A stretch of DNA of 64,000 nt from Tubiluchus corallicola. Its lineage: Eukaryota; Animalia; Priapulida. Both the position numbers and the translations under genes were made by a program. Shown here in pieces: positions 39,201 through 51,000 of the stretch (within the stretch, counting starts at the first letter, position 1; every line of letters starts with the position of its first letter). The stretch spans positions 15,335 to 79,334 of the forward strand of contig JAQGDQ010000312.1 of the NCBI GenBank assembly GCA_030141605.1, written 5' to 3'. The notes beneath the pieces were generated by a model. The model was not told where the DNA came from, did no database searches, and saw only the letters and a program-made list of their open reading frames with translations.

Positions 39201-42200
39201 CAATCGCCGAGGCTACAATACACAGGGTGGTTCATTTTTTCAGCATTTTCCTGAATGAATGTTAGCAAATCATAAATACATGGGTTTCTAATTTCATGTT
39301 TTGCTATCCTGGACACCACGTCCTTCATTTATGGCAGTTTTTTAACAATCTGAACGAGACTTGTCTGTGTATTAATTTCGCTGAGATTTTTCATTGCTTT
39401 CAATGTCTCGACACAGCTTAAAAGCAAGTCTGCAAATTCTCGCAGCTTCTCTTTGGCATTGGCCTTGATTTGGTCAAAATCGATTATTTTTGATATCCAA
39501 GCCATAAACGAAGAGCCGAACCTGTCGATGAGTAACTACTTTGCATGCTTGTATGCTCGACTGGGGTCCATGTAGCTTCCAGTGCAAAATTGCATTAATC
39601 TCTGAAACCTCGCAGCCTCATCTTGTGTGTAGCTCTCGACATTGGCTTCAAAACGTCGCATGAATTGCCAAAAGTTTAGAACGTTACCATCAAATTTGTC
39701 CAACTCCGCTATTGGAAGTTGCATTGCTTTGTACATGTTGGTATGTTGACGTTGTGCTTCAAGCATGATGTTCATGATCATAGCCATGTCATTGTTCTGT
39801 GGATGGCATTGATTAGGCATGTCGTTTAAATTATCAGTACAAATGGTAGGTTGAGTAGAATTAAAAGCATACCTATTCTCACGCGGTATATTACTGCCAT
39901 GTGCTAGTGGAATAAAAGCAGACGCTGATGCATTCAGACACTGATTTCCAGAGCTTGGATACTGCATAGGCAAACGAATATTTTTGTCTTCCAGCAGTTG
40001 CCTAACGTCAGTATCAAAGATCTATATCCACTTGTTCATTATGTCGAATTCATAACCTTTCTTGCCAAAAGGTGGCGCCACATGAGCTGTGTGCGAATCG
40101 TGTTCAATATAGTGCCATGGTTTATGTCGACCTAAAAAACGAGCAATTTTTACATTTTTCCCAAATTGCATTAAAGCTGGTAAATATCTGTACCGACCCA
40201 GAATGACAGCATTATAAGTGAATGGCAAATGTTTTTCATAACTAGTTGACCAGTCTTTAAAAAACTGATTCAATAATCCTTGGTCCCCACCATCAAAAGT
40301 ACAGGATTCTGATTTAGCATACAACATTACCTTATTATACATATCAATACTTGGCTTGTAAACAAACACCCCAGAGTTAAAGCAATCTGGCCAGCCTACA
40401 CCAGGGGCAACTCAAAGCTCTTTAAATCTAAACATTTCATCAACATTACAATTGTATCAGAATCTACAAAAACACATTTGCTAAATTGTGTTAACCTCCA
40501 ACAATGTCGCTTAGTAAAACTCACATTAAGTTCTGGTCTTCCTAACAATTGTAACCTTTTAAACTCATGACTATCAATAATACTGACATGTTCAACCAAA
40601 TTAAATGCATTTCTCAAAAGTGTCATAATATCACAAGAAATACCCTCTCTTACCATGATGACTAAGCATTTCATTGTTCCTGTGCGATGCAAACTAGAAG
40701 CAAGAACAAGTGCACCCAAAGCATACTTATCAGTAGTTGCTAGAGTAACAAAGGCTTCAGACAAATAATTCTCATCGCTTTCGCATGTAGGTTGTGTATG
40801 TTTAACTGTCGGATCCATGTATGTTGACCTTGACCTTAGCCATGCTTTGACCTTTGAGTCTGATGTTCCATGGTCCACTAACCTGGTCTCAACATCAGCT
40901 GCAGAACCAAAGCTGTCTTCATCACGTTCATCTTCAGAACTACACTCATTCTGCATGAGTTCATGTCTACCTGGTCACATGACTGATGATTGACTAAGTC
41001 TGGTTAATTTGACTGACTTGAGTGTGGCTAATATTTTCGACTGCCAATCTTTTTTAATGTTTTCAACTGAGTGAGTCTGGCTGTTATTTTTGACTAACTA
41101 TGATCTGTATTGTTTTTCTCCAGGTAAACATCTGCTTGGAATGTATGAGGGACACAAAGATAAAGGTGCTGAAGAAACGATTCATTAGGTGCTCGTCTCA
41201 GGCGACTGTCACGCATTTAAAAAAGTTCATCGCGAAAAAGTTGTACAATAATCTTGATCGATACCAGGAGGTACGTGACTAACCAGCTACGTTTCTGTTT
41301 CGCTACTTTTTAATCCGTTGAGTTTGGAAGTAAGATGCTTTGCAGTGAATGTACAGAATAAGTGAGAATTAGCCTGGGTTCTGTGAGAAACGAGACGAGA
41401 AATTATGCTTCTCACGAGAATCAAGTTGAGGGGAGAATGTGATTTTGATCTTAACGAAGTAATTAAATTTCAAATAAAGTTTAGTTTTTTATTTGTGTAA
41501 ACAAAGTCGTCACAACGTTTGTACTCCGAATGACAGGGAATATTTATCAGTATCACAAATGGCAACAAAATTAGTATTTAACTAGCAAAGGCCCCGCAAA
41601 AGATTTTGCGTATAAATACACGTGTAATAAATAATACGCAAACATCCTACATAGTCCTCATTTATAACGCAAAGCCAGCAGCAGCAGCTTTTACTGAATT
41701 AAAGGTATAAGGCTATAGACAAAGTACAATGGATGACGTCACAACAATGGCTTTGCGTCAGCAGTTTTCTAAGCGAAAATTGCCAAAAATAGAACATCTA
41801 TTTAACTCGTCGGTACTCCTCTTGGTGGACGGGAAAACGGCCGTTACGGGATGCCGTGGCCCTCTCGCGAATTCTAAATATGCCTACTACACCCTATCTA
41901 TCCATAGCCAGCACCGCCTGTGGCCCGTTCCCGTTCTTCAGATCTCAGGCGTATAACTTTTGCAAAAAAACGGCCGAAAAATGGCCATTTTTGGAGGTTT
42001 TTCGCCTCACGTTCCTCCCGGTGGGCCCGATTCGAAAAATAAACCCCCAATGGCATGACACTAGATCGATGTATAGATTGCCGCAAATGGTGCCGTCGTC
42101 GAAGCTGTAGCCTCGAATTTTATATATATATAACATACCAAGAGAATTAATATAAGAGATCCGATGGCTTGATGGTTAGCATAACTCAATTGAGTAAGAA

Positions 42201-44289
42201 AAGAGAAACTTTACGAAACAAGAACTTTCGCTGCTGCGACTATTTCTCGCTTCCCTACCAAGCATTTTTTCTACACATGAGACGAGATCAGAAAAAAATC
42301 ATTCCTCGCACGACGTGAAATGAAATGAAATCTATTTATTAAATGGAAATTCTTGCAACAGTAATTTGTTACTGGTAAGGCATTGATTTTGTTAGGTTGC
42401 TTGTCGACACTACCTAGGTTTTAACAAAGTAATGTAAACCATAGATCTAAACTGCAAACCACAGTTGCACTTTACTGTAATGTAAAGTCTGCTTTCAAAA
42501 GAATTTGCTAATTAATACTGTTGCTTCTCTAGGTTGATCTACTGTGCAATGAGGAGTTGTTAGGCAAGGATCACACACTTAAATTTTTGTTCGTTACTAG
42601 ATGGCGCTTAAAGGTGAGAATCTTTTATTTTGTTGTTTGATTCTAACAGTTTCTGTGCAGTTACGATTCTATACTCATTGCAATGACTCGTCGCACACGT
42701 GTGAGCAGTGACTCATTGCACACGTGTGAGCAGTGACTCATTGCGCACGTGTGAGCAGTGACTCAGTGCGCACGTGTGAGCAGTGACTCATTGCGCACGT
42801 GTGAGCAGTGACTCAGTGCGCACGTGTGAGCAGTGACTCAGTGCGCACGTGTGAGCAGTGACTCAGTGTGCACATGTCAGCCTTGACTCAATGCGCACGT
42901 GTGAGCAGTGACTCATTGCGCACGTGTGAGCAGTGACTCAGTGCGCACGTGTGAGCAGTGACTCATTGCGCACGTGTGAGCAGTGACTCATTGCGCACGT
43001 GTGAGCAGTGACTCAGTGCGTACGTGTGAGCAGTGACTCAGTGCGCACATGTGAGCAGTGACTCAGTGTGCACGTGTCAGCCTTGACTCAATGCGCATGT
43101 GTGAGCAGTGACTCATTGCGCACGTGTGAGCAGTGACTCAGTGCGCACGTGTGAGCAGTGACTCATTGCGCACGTGTGAGCAGTGACTCATTGCGCACGT
43201 GTGAGCAGTGACTCATTGCGCACGTGTGAGCAGTGACTCAGTGCGCACGTGTGAGCAGTGACTCAGTGTGCACGTGTGAGCCGTGACTCATTGCACATGT
43301 GTGAGCAATGACTTATTGCTCAGGTATGACTCATTGCACACGTGTGAGCAGTGACTCATTGCACAGGTGTGAGCCGTGACTCACTGCGTAGTGTGAGCAA
43401 TGACTCATTGCTGTCATAAGTTGTGTTTATGTTCCTGAAAATGGTGGTTTTGATATTGATTAACATTGTCTTTGGGCACATCCATTATATGGCTTTTACT
43501 ATAATACCGATAATCACGTGTGGCAATCATCGAACATTGAAGTCTGAGCATTTGAATTCAATTCAATTAAAATTATTAGCACTTCCCTTAATAATATACC
43601 ACTGCAATTACATACAATCGTTGTCATCAAAGCCTTTGAAACGCCGTGCAATCAGTACACTTTAACTGTGATTTCTGTGCACAATTTTTAAACAAATTTT
43701 TTTATTGAAGGACAAAATCAAGCAATATGCATGATCTTTGTGAGATCTCTTTTATCTATGATTCGAAAATTTATTCATCCATCTTATTTTTTTATTTACC
43801 ATTTATTTGTTTATCATTTAAACATTTGAAACGCTTTGCATTCAGCACGATTTGTGTGCACAGCTTTTAAACAAATTTTTTATTGAACAACAAAATCAAG
43901 CAATGTGCATCATCTTTGTTGTGAGACTATTTTTTATTAGTGATTCGAAAACTTATTCAGAAATCTTTAAAACTGATTTCGAATTCGATTTGAAATTCAA
44001 AATCTCGAAATTCGGTTTGATTTCAGTTCGAAAGTCAAAAATTCGATTTGACTGGAATTTTGTTTCTAGTAGAGAATGCTCACCCCTAAGAATCATGTGT
44101 TCTCTTAGCCATTGTTTCTCTTACCCATTGTTTTTCTTAGCCATTGTGTCTCTTAGCCATTGTTTTTCTTAGCCATTGTTTCTCTTAGCCATTGTTTTTC
44201 TTAGCCATTGTTTTAAATAATAATGATGGTTTGATCCATTCCAGGATCCCCCGCTCATTCTTAAATATAGACCCAAAGTAAAAATATGA
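30202..44289 (+). CDS. PCGF3: Polycomb group RING finger protein 3 (PCGF3/5 family), complete, 7 coding exons
   Basis: Exons 30202-30313 ([37 protein letters not shown]), 30957-31053 ([32 protein letters not shown]), 32597-32652 ([14 protein letters not shown]), 33392-33531 (DHHRSDEQ), 41124-41270 ([28 protein letters not shown]), 42533-42613 ([27 protein letters not shown]), 44245-44289 ([14 protein letters not shown]). All GT-AG with compatible phases. Confidence 0.95.
31444..32079. mobile_element. Tc1/mariner (pogo/Tigger-like) MITE
   Basis: TIR cagtgttccctcact...agtgagggaacactg flanked by TA on both sides. Confidence 0.9.
32716..33052 (+). repeat. 103-bp tandem triplication ending in a 5S-like internal promoter segment
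   Basis: Three units. The last continues gttaagcaacaccgagactggttactgaaatggatgggtggctacttgg, which resembles 5S box A/IE/box C. Confidence 0.8.
33081..33202. repeat. (ATT)n/(GTT)n trinucleotide microsatellite
   Basis: Direct observation; explains the poly-Leu and poly-Ile ORFs. Confidence 0.95.
34788..39328 (-). pseudogene. BEL/Pao gag C-terminus and pol (protease, RT, RNase H, integrase), fragmented
   Basis: ORFs 38090-39328, 37547-38074, 36331-37419, 36011-36334, 35032-35844 and 34788-35051 are colinear pieces of one polyprotein. Confidence 0.95.
39992..40761 (-). pseudogene. GYG1: Glycogenin catalytic (GT8) domain, intronless, embedded in frame within BEL/Pao Gag
   Basis: [121 protein letters not shown]. 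One frameshift (~40448) and two stops (~40412, 40022). Confidence 0.93.
41579..42132. mobile_element. Probable non-autonomous Helentron/HINE-like insertion
   Basis: CpG-rich island starting taactag with a short hairpin (cgcaaaagattttgcg) and ending in a (TA)n run. Family assignment is pattern-based only. Confidence 0.4.
42695..43412. repeat. 25-bp CpG-rich minisatellite, ~28 copies, in PCGF3 intron 6
   Basis: Unit gcgcacgtgtgagcagtgactca(t/g)t. Confidence 0.96.
44101..44212. repeat. 17-18 bp tandem repeat just upstream of the last PCGF3 exon
   Basis: About 6 copies of tcttagccattgttt(c/t)t. Confidence 0.85.
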
Positions 44290-45079
44290 AAGTGCATCAA
44301 CGACGGTGAAGTTTCGACAATTCAAAGTCACGTTTTTTGCTGCAACAATGTTACAAATGCAATAGTACGAGGAAAACGCTACTTCTTTCATCTGTTTAGA
44401 TTAATTATGTTCCGAATATTTATTGTTTTTTATAATTATCGATTTGCTTTTTTCGAATTAAACAACCAGAAATGTATCTCTGCTAGAAATCCAGTAAATG
44501 TACTTAGATTAGATTAGATTTATTTATTTCAAAAAGGACTAGTAAATTGGAGTCTGAAAATTTTTTGCATTTCAACTGGGAGTTGAACCCAGGCCTCTCC
44601 TTTACGGGTGGCTGTGCGAAAAGTAATTTAAATGGCTACTTATCTTTTTTGAAAGCAACTTATTTAGTGAAACTACACTAGATTGATCGAATTGTGTTAA
44701 GAGTAGCTGTTCTCGTGTGTTACAAATGGTGGTAAAAATAGTATTAGTACTTTTCTCAAATTATTCTGTCTTCAAGTTTTGTTAGCTTCCTTTACATTTG
44801 CTACTAATTACTTTTTTGTCTGCACAATAAAATTATTTATTCAAAAATTTTTGACTGTCATTATAAATTGTGTTTTATAAAATGCGAACTGTAAATCAGC
44901 ATAATATTATGGGCATTAAGTAATGGTTGATCCCCCGGATGGAATAAATAGATTCAAACCTCTTTTATAACGTCCATTTTGTGACAGGAAAAAAGTTGGA
45001 GTTTTAGCAAGTTTTGCATTATAACGAGGTGTGTTAAATTTTGCCATAGACGAGTCATAGGTGTGTATTAAATTTTGCC

Positions 45080-45685
45080 ATAGTAATCTCCAAACATTCT
45101 CTCCTGCTATATTGTTCTAATCTGTCAATGGTTGCATCTTTGTCTTTAACCGACTCTTGCAATCTAGCAACAGTTAACTCCAGGGATTTTACTTTAGATG
45201 TAAGTGAGTTTACCTGTGTGACTACGCCTGAAATTTCCTTTTTCATGTCCTCAAATCTGTTTGAAATAAACTGTTGCAATTGCTTAATTTCTTCAGAAAA
45301 CTTTCTGTCTGATGCACGAACCTGCTCTTGTAAGCTTCGAATGGCATTCAACACTGTAGGCTGACCGACTGATCACCTGCTGCCGTCGTGTTGTTTTGCA
45401 TTGACTGGGTATTCGTTGATAAATTTTGCGTAGTATCAGCTGTTTGTTGCGAAGCCCTTTCCCGCCATATTTGAATTGTTTGGCGCGTTACTAGTTGAAG
45501 CGTTTTGTGCATTCATCTCAGCAACAGATTTCGGATTTTTCGATCCTCGTGTCTCCATCATCTCATAATCAATTGTAATAAGCTTAGTTAAACGTTTAAA
45601 TTTTGCGTAAGCACTTTAAATTTAATGATTTTTGTCAGAGCTCAATCAAAGACAAACTGCTGTTTTTGCGCCGCAGCGCCACCAC
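45080..45685 (-). mobile_element. 5' end of a LINE (CR1/L2-group-like): 5'UTR plus ORF1 coiled coil, 3'-truncated
   Basis: A coiled-coil stretch ending in IDRLEQYSRRECLEIT, a motif typical of non-LTR ORF1 proteins. Start codon near 45560 (METRGSK). Confidence 0.75.
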
Positions 45686-47425
45686 TGAAAGAGCATTTAA
45701 TATTGAATATAAAACGCATATTTTAATATCTATTGTTGCCACCATTTATAACTCTGACGATCATTAACTGACGCGCGTAAGATCGAAGGGTTTCCTTAGA
45801 GCATCTGGCTTCATTATCTTTGGCTTGTTGTGATGAAGAATTAGGAAAACTTATTAAATTTTCGAAAATAATAACAATAATAATAATAGATCGAAAAACA
45901 GGTTTAATATCTTGCAATCATCTCTGGAGGGTTTTTGTTTCTTGCCATCCTGTACAAGGATACGGAAAAAGCATACCAATTTTTAGGAAAAGTATTCAAG
46001 CGAAATTTTATTAAAGGAAAACAAGCAACTGATTAGACTCAAACCCATCTTAATTTACTGTCCAAAATTTAACGTTTTCTTGCTTATAAAAGTTAGCATT
46101 TGTTTCTAATATTTAATTACTTTGGAAGGTTAATTAACGGCAAGGGAACACAGCCATCGCTTACGCCACAAGCTAACCACAGTGTTTTGTTCAGTTTGTT
46201 TGTCTGCATATTGTAACCCATAACGTCAATAAAAAAAATGACGAACACTTTGGTACAGGTTAATTTCCTTTATTGCTGTGCTCTAAAAAAGAAGTGAAGG
46301 CTGTGTAGAGGGGGGGGGGTCAACATAAATTGCAGTCTTGATAAACTACATTATGAAATTTGAAATCTGAACTTCACCAGCAGACTATGAAACCCGAACT
46401 ACTACTGCCCAATATACAATAGCCAGGACTCCTGTTACACCTCATTAACTTTAGTTGAAACCCAGTAAATGGTATGTAAATAGATAGTACAGTAAACAGC
46501 TCAAGAAATAGGTAAATTATTTTTACAGGCGAACAACCAAAAGATGGCAGCACCTCCCTAAGATACTACCACTTTCTGCTAAGTCTAAGTCTAAAAAACC
46601 TTAATTATAAATTAATTATGCAGCTGCGTAACATAATGCATATTGTCAAATTGTTCCCTAAACAATACACACAGTTTGTGCAATGGTAGCCGCCTTCCTT
46701 GCCCGTCAAGCACATTTGCGTAAGCGAAGATTGATATAAGACTGATGTGATGTCACGTAAATGAGCTCTATGTGACACTAATCTCACAGATGAACACTGC
46801 AGTTCATAATCGTGCCTATCACGGTACAGCGTCTATTTGTCGGCCACGTGAATGTGACGAAAGGGCGCCATTGCCAGTATTAGTGGATTCACTGAAAAGC
46901 GTGTAGCTTCGAAAGTTTAACAAAATTTAACTATCCAAAGTAATTCTTATTTAATCTAAGATTTGATTTAAAAAAAGCTGTTTGATTTAAAAAAAATTTA
47001 GACCATACTTTATTCTGAACTAATGTCTACACAATCATCAGATTTTTCTTTAAATAGAGCAAAAATTAAAACTGATGTTTATTGTTGTGTTTATATGTAT
47101 GTTATGTTGAAAACAATAAACACACGTGCGTGTTTTATAAAAGTTTGTTTATAGTAATACATATATAATAATGCAACCAAAAATAACAATTTTCGAATAT
47201 GATTACATTACTCAAATAAACAACTTCTTAGAATAGTTTAAAACAGCTGAATGTATAGTATTCCCACTCAGTTGTGTTGGACATTATTAAATCTGGAAAC
47301 ATTTTTAACACAGAGTTGGACACTTAAAATCTGGAAACATTTTTAACACAGAGTTGGACACTTAAAATCTGGAAACATTTTTAACACAGAGAAAGATGAT
47401 TTTAAAACATGTTAAAACTAATGAT

Positions 47426-47979
47426 CAGGGGCGTCGTGCACCAAAAAAAAAATTAGGGGGGTCCCAACTGTATATAATGGCCGAACTTAACTGTTTAAAA
47501 AACGTATAATTTTGAATTCCCACACCAGTATTTTGCTTGCAAGAAAAATGATTTATTTATTCCCAACTGGCATTTAACTTAAAGCTGCAGAAATTGAATT
47601 TGTAAGTGTAAGCAGACGCACCACAATTTAATCAGAGAGAATCGGCTTTCTAATCCAGCTAACACTGCAAGTGCTTATATAAGAAAGGGGGAAGCAATAT
47701 CATTGGTCCAGTGCAAGGGGCCAATGGCCAATTACCTAGCAGCATAGCCACGAGAGCAGAGGATAATCAATGCAACAATTGGACATTAGATTCAATCAAT
47801 AATCATACCGATGTGTATATATAATCGCATATCATGCCTACAGTGGGAGATTTCACCGTTCTTCAAAATTTTACACCTTATTGGTCTCATTACAAGCCGC
47901 CGAAACCCTTAAAATTTTTGACATTTTATTAACAATGGGGGGGGGCAGGCCCCTGGGCCCCCATAGCACGACGCCACTG
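47426..47979. mobile_element. hAT-type MITE
   Basis: TIR caggggcgtcgtgc / gcacgacgccactg with a perfect 8-bp TSD ctaatgat at 47418-47425 and 47980-47987. Confidence 0.92.
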
Positions 47980-48884
47980 CTAATGATGTGAATCAATCAA
48001 TTAGTCGAATTTATGAAGATTACAACCACGTATAAACCCGTATAATCGGTGATTGAACAGTAATTCAATTAAATGAGATTATTCAAGAGCAAGATACATG
48101 TTGCAAACTGATTCAGAGGCAGTTTTTAGCACAAATACACAAGAATCTACTTCTTCATTTTTCTCGCTTAAACGATGCGCGCAATTGTGAACTACTGTTT
48201 TGGAAGCAGGGGTGGGAGAAGCATCTAATTCGTCGACGTGCACTGCGTGTAGTGACGTAGTCATTGAGCAGTTAACGGAAAAAGCGGAGCACGTCTATAA
48301 AAATAGTTCACGAGTACAAAATGGCAGACAGCGACAAAAGCCGTGAAGAAGTTTATAAGCTACATTTCACTGCAATTATTGAAAAGTGCAGCTAAAACAC
48401 CAAAAAAATCGAAGCAAAGGATTAACCGTGACATCGAATTACAAAATTTCACAATCACTAGCTAACACACAACTTTCTTAATTTATAAACTCTAAAATAA
48501 TACAAAAAAATCTTGTTTGCGACAAGTTATTGTTCACAACCAAAAGTAATAAAGTAATAAACTTGTAATAACACAACAAATATGTAATAATCATAATCAC
48601 TTCTTAACTATACATGTACGGTACTTTTAACAAATGAAATATTGCAAAATGTATAAAAATGTAATACGCATAATGTTCACTATGCAAAAACAGAGAAAAA
48701 TCAGCTTTTTCAACTCTTGAGATCAACATGGCTGTATCATTATAAAATGGTCATGAATTTTCGAAAATTTCGTTGGTTTATTTACTAGAAAATGCATATA
48801 AATGATCACCGATAATGTAAAAGAAACATTGTTACTTTATCAACATTGTTACGTTATTTAATCTTAGTGAATCAACGCCATACT

Positions 48885-49590
48885 GAAATAGGCATAGGGC
48901 CTCCAAAGGATAAAGTGAATTATAGGAGATTGATGTTCTATCGGAATTTACTGATTAGTAAACCAAAGAGATTAGCATCAGAGGCACTTGGAATGCAAAT
49001 AAACAAAGGTCCGTGGTATAATGAAGTAGTTGAGGCTGCAAAAAATATACCATAGATGCTAATAAAGAAAGGGTGTACGTCATGAAAAATTCTGAATGGA
49101 AGAAAGAAATAAAGAATAAGATTGAATGTTGTATGAAGAATGAATGTGCAGAAAAATGTAGGAGCAGCACTAAATTAAGATTTTTAAGGCATACTGAGTG
49201 GAAACGACAAAATTACATAGACACATGCAAGCCAGAAGAGGTTAAAGATATATTGAAAATAAGACTGAATATGATTAAAGTTAAACGAAACTACAAGAAT
49301 GAGTTTAAGGATCAGTTATTATGCCCAGTGTGTGGGGAAGATGATGATACTACTGAACATATGCTTAAATGTGACAGATATGGAGAATGGAAAAAATTTT
49401 GAACTCAGATATATTGATGAACAATGAAAAGGAAGGATTGCTAGAAATTAGAAATCTAGTGAATGAATGCATGGAATACAGGATAAAGACATTAAACTTG
49501 GAAAAGACAACTAGAAGATCAGCATTATAGAGGAATAGACTTTGCACCCTATAAAGGTGCCCACCTCTGACAGGTGGAGAGAGTCGAGTA
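48885..49590 (+). mobile_element. LINE 3' fragment (ORF2 C-terminus with CCHC zinc knuckle)
   Basis: STKLRFL..QNYID...ILKIRLNMIKVKRNYK...LCPVCGEDDDTTEHMLKC. Confidence 0.75.
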
Positions 49591-50171
49591 TCGCAATCGC
49601 AAACAAGATTTCACCATTAGACAGTGACGCTGTTAAAATGAATAAATGAGAAATTTTTGCTTTAGCTGCTTAAGGATACAGACACAAACAGTCACACATT
49701 ATTGACATTCATTAGAAGCAAGTTGTAGGATGGCATTATTAAGTGTTACAGGCTCAAGTTAGAACATTTAAAAGGAAAAATTCCAACATTGTCCTTTTAT
49801 CCAATTAAGCAAAAAGGAACACATTAAAAAAATTTAAAACACTTGTGTAACTTGTGACAGGTTTTATACGTGAGACTGTTATTTACACTTAATTTTCATG
49901 GCACAAAAAACTGTCACCAACAGTTAAAGGCACACCAGCTTATAATGCTTGCTTTTCTTACAAACAGATGGCACCACATTGTGCATACTGGCACTGCCAT
50001 TGTTTACATGCTGGAGACAACCATCTTGTAAGAATATTAGCAAACTAACAGAAGCTAGTACGCTTTTAATTAGTAATTAATGCAAAGTGCCTTTAATTAG
50101 CTTTCGTAAAACATTTTAATTACAAATTAATCACATTTTTATTTTCTTGTTCAGTTGTAGCTGCGTTAGGG

Positions 50172-50998
50172 TAAGCCATCAGCATGAAACAATTGTACCA
50201 AATTACCAGCAACCATATATACATAAGAAGTTGCTAGATTGCATCCCCTGTCATCAGCATGAAACAGTTGTACCAAATTACCAGCAACCATATATACATA
50301 AGAAGTTGCTAGATTGCATCCCCTGTCATCAGCATGAAACAATTGTACCAAATTACCAGCAACCATATATACATAAGAAGTTGCTAGATTGCATCCCCTG
50401 TCATCAGCATGAAACAGTTGTACCAAATTACCAGCAACCATATATACATAAGAAGTTGCTAGATTGCATCCCCTGTCATCAGCATGAAACAGTTGTACCA
50501 AATTACCAGCAACCATATATACATAAGAAGTTGCTAGATTGCATCCCCCGCCATTAGCATGAAACAGTTGTACCAAATTACCAGCAACCATATATACATA
50601 AGAAGTTGCTAGATTGCATCCCCTGTCATCAGCATGAAACAGTTGTACCAAATTACCAGCAACCATATATACATAAGAAGTTGCTAGATTGCATCCCCTG
50701 CCATTAGCATGAAACAATTGTACCAAACTATCAGCAACCATATATACATAAAAAGTTGCTAGATTGCATCCCCTGCCATTAGCATGAAACAATTGTACCA
50801 AACTATGAGCAACCATATATACATAAGAAGTTGCTAGATTGCATCCCCTGCCATTAGCATGAAACAATTGTACCAAACTATGAGCAACCATATATACATA
50901 AGAAGTTGCTAGATTGTATCCCCTGTCATCAGCATGAAACAATTGTACCAAATTATCAGCAACCATATATACATAAGAAGTTGCTAGATTGCATCCCA
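50172..50998. repeat. 60-bp minisatellite, ~14 copies, at the 3' end of PCGF1
   Basis: Unit catcagcatgaaacaattgtaccaaattaccagcaaccatatatacataagaagttgctagattgcatcccctg-like. The 23-aa period of the ORF track implies a 69-bp unit and about 12 copies, so the unit length needs exact measurement. Confidence 0.9.
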
Positions 50999-51000
50999 CG

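Larger units (their letters stand above)
34681..40966 (-). mobile_element. BEL/Pao LTR retrotransposon, decayed and 5'-truncated, in PCGF3 intron 4; Gag carries a glycogenin domain
   Basis: Domain order: Gag ([14 protein letters not shown]; CCHC knuckles e.g. [15 protein letters not shown]), protease (ALLDPGS), RT ([23 protein letters not shown]), RNase H/Pao ([19 protein letters not shown]), integrase (SDCGSNF, GGAWE, LTPNHFL), C-terminal [21 protein letters not shown] purine tract is followed by TGTTA at 34736 (probable 3' LTR start). Many stops and frameshifts. Confidence 0.96.

Noticed and set aside
50172-50998. Hammerhead ribozyme array, suggested by CTGATGA in the minus-strand unit
   Set aside because: No GAAA core at a suitable distance and no stem II could be formed by eye.
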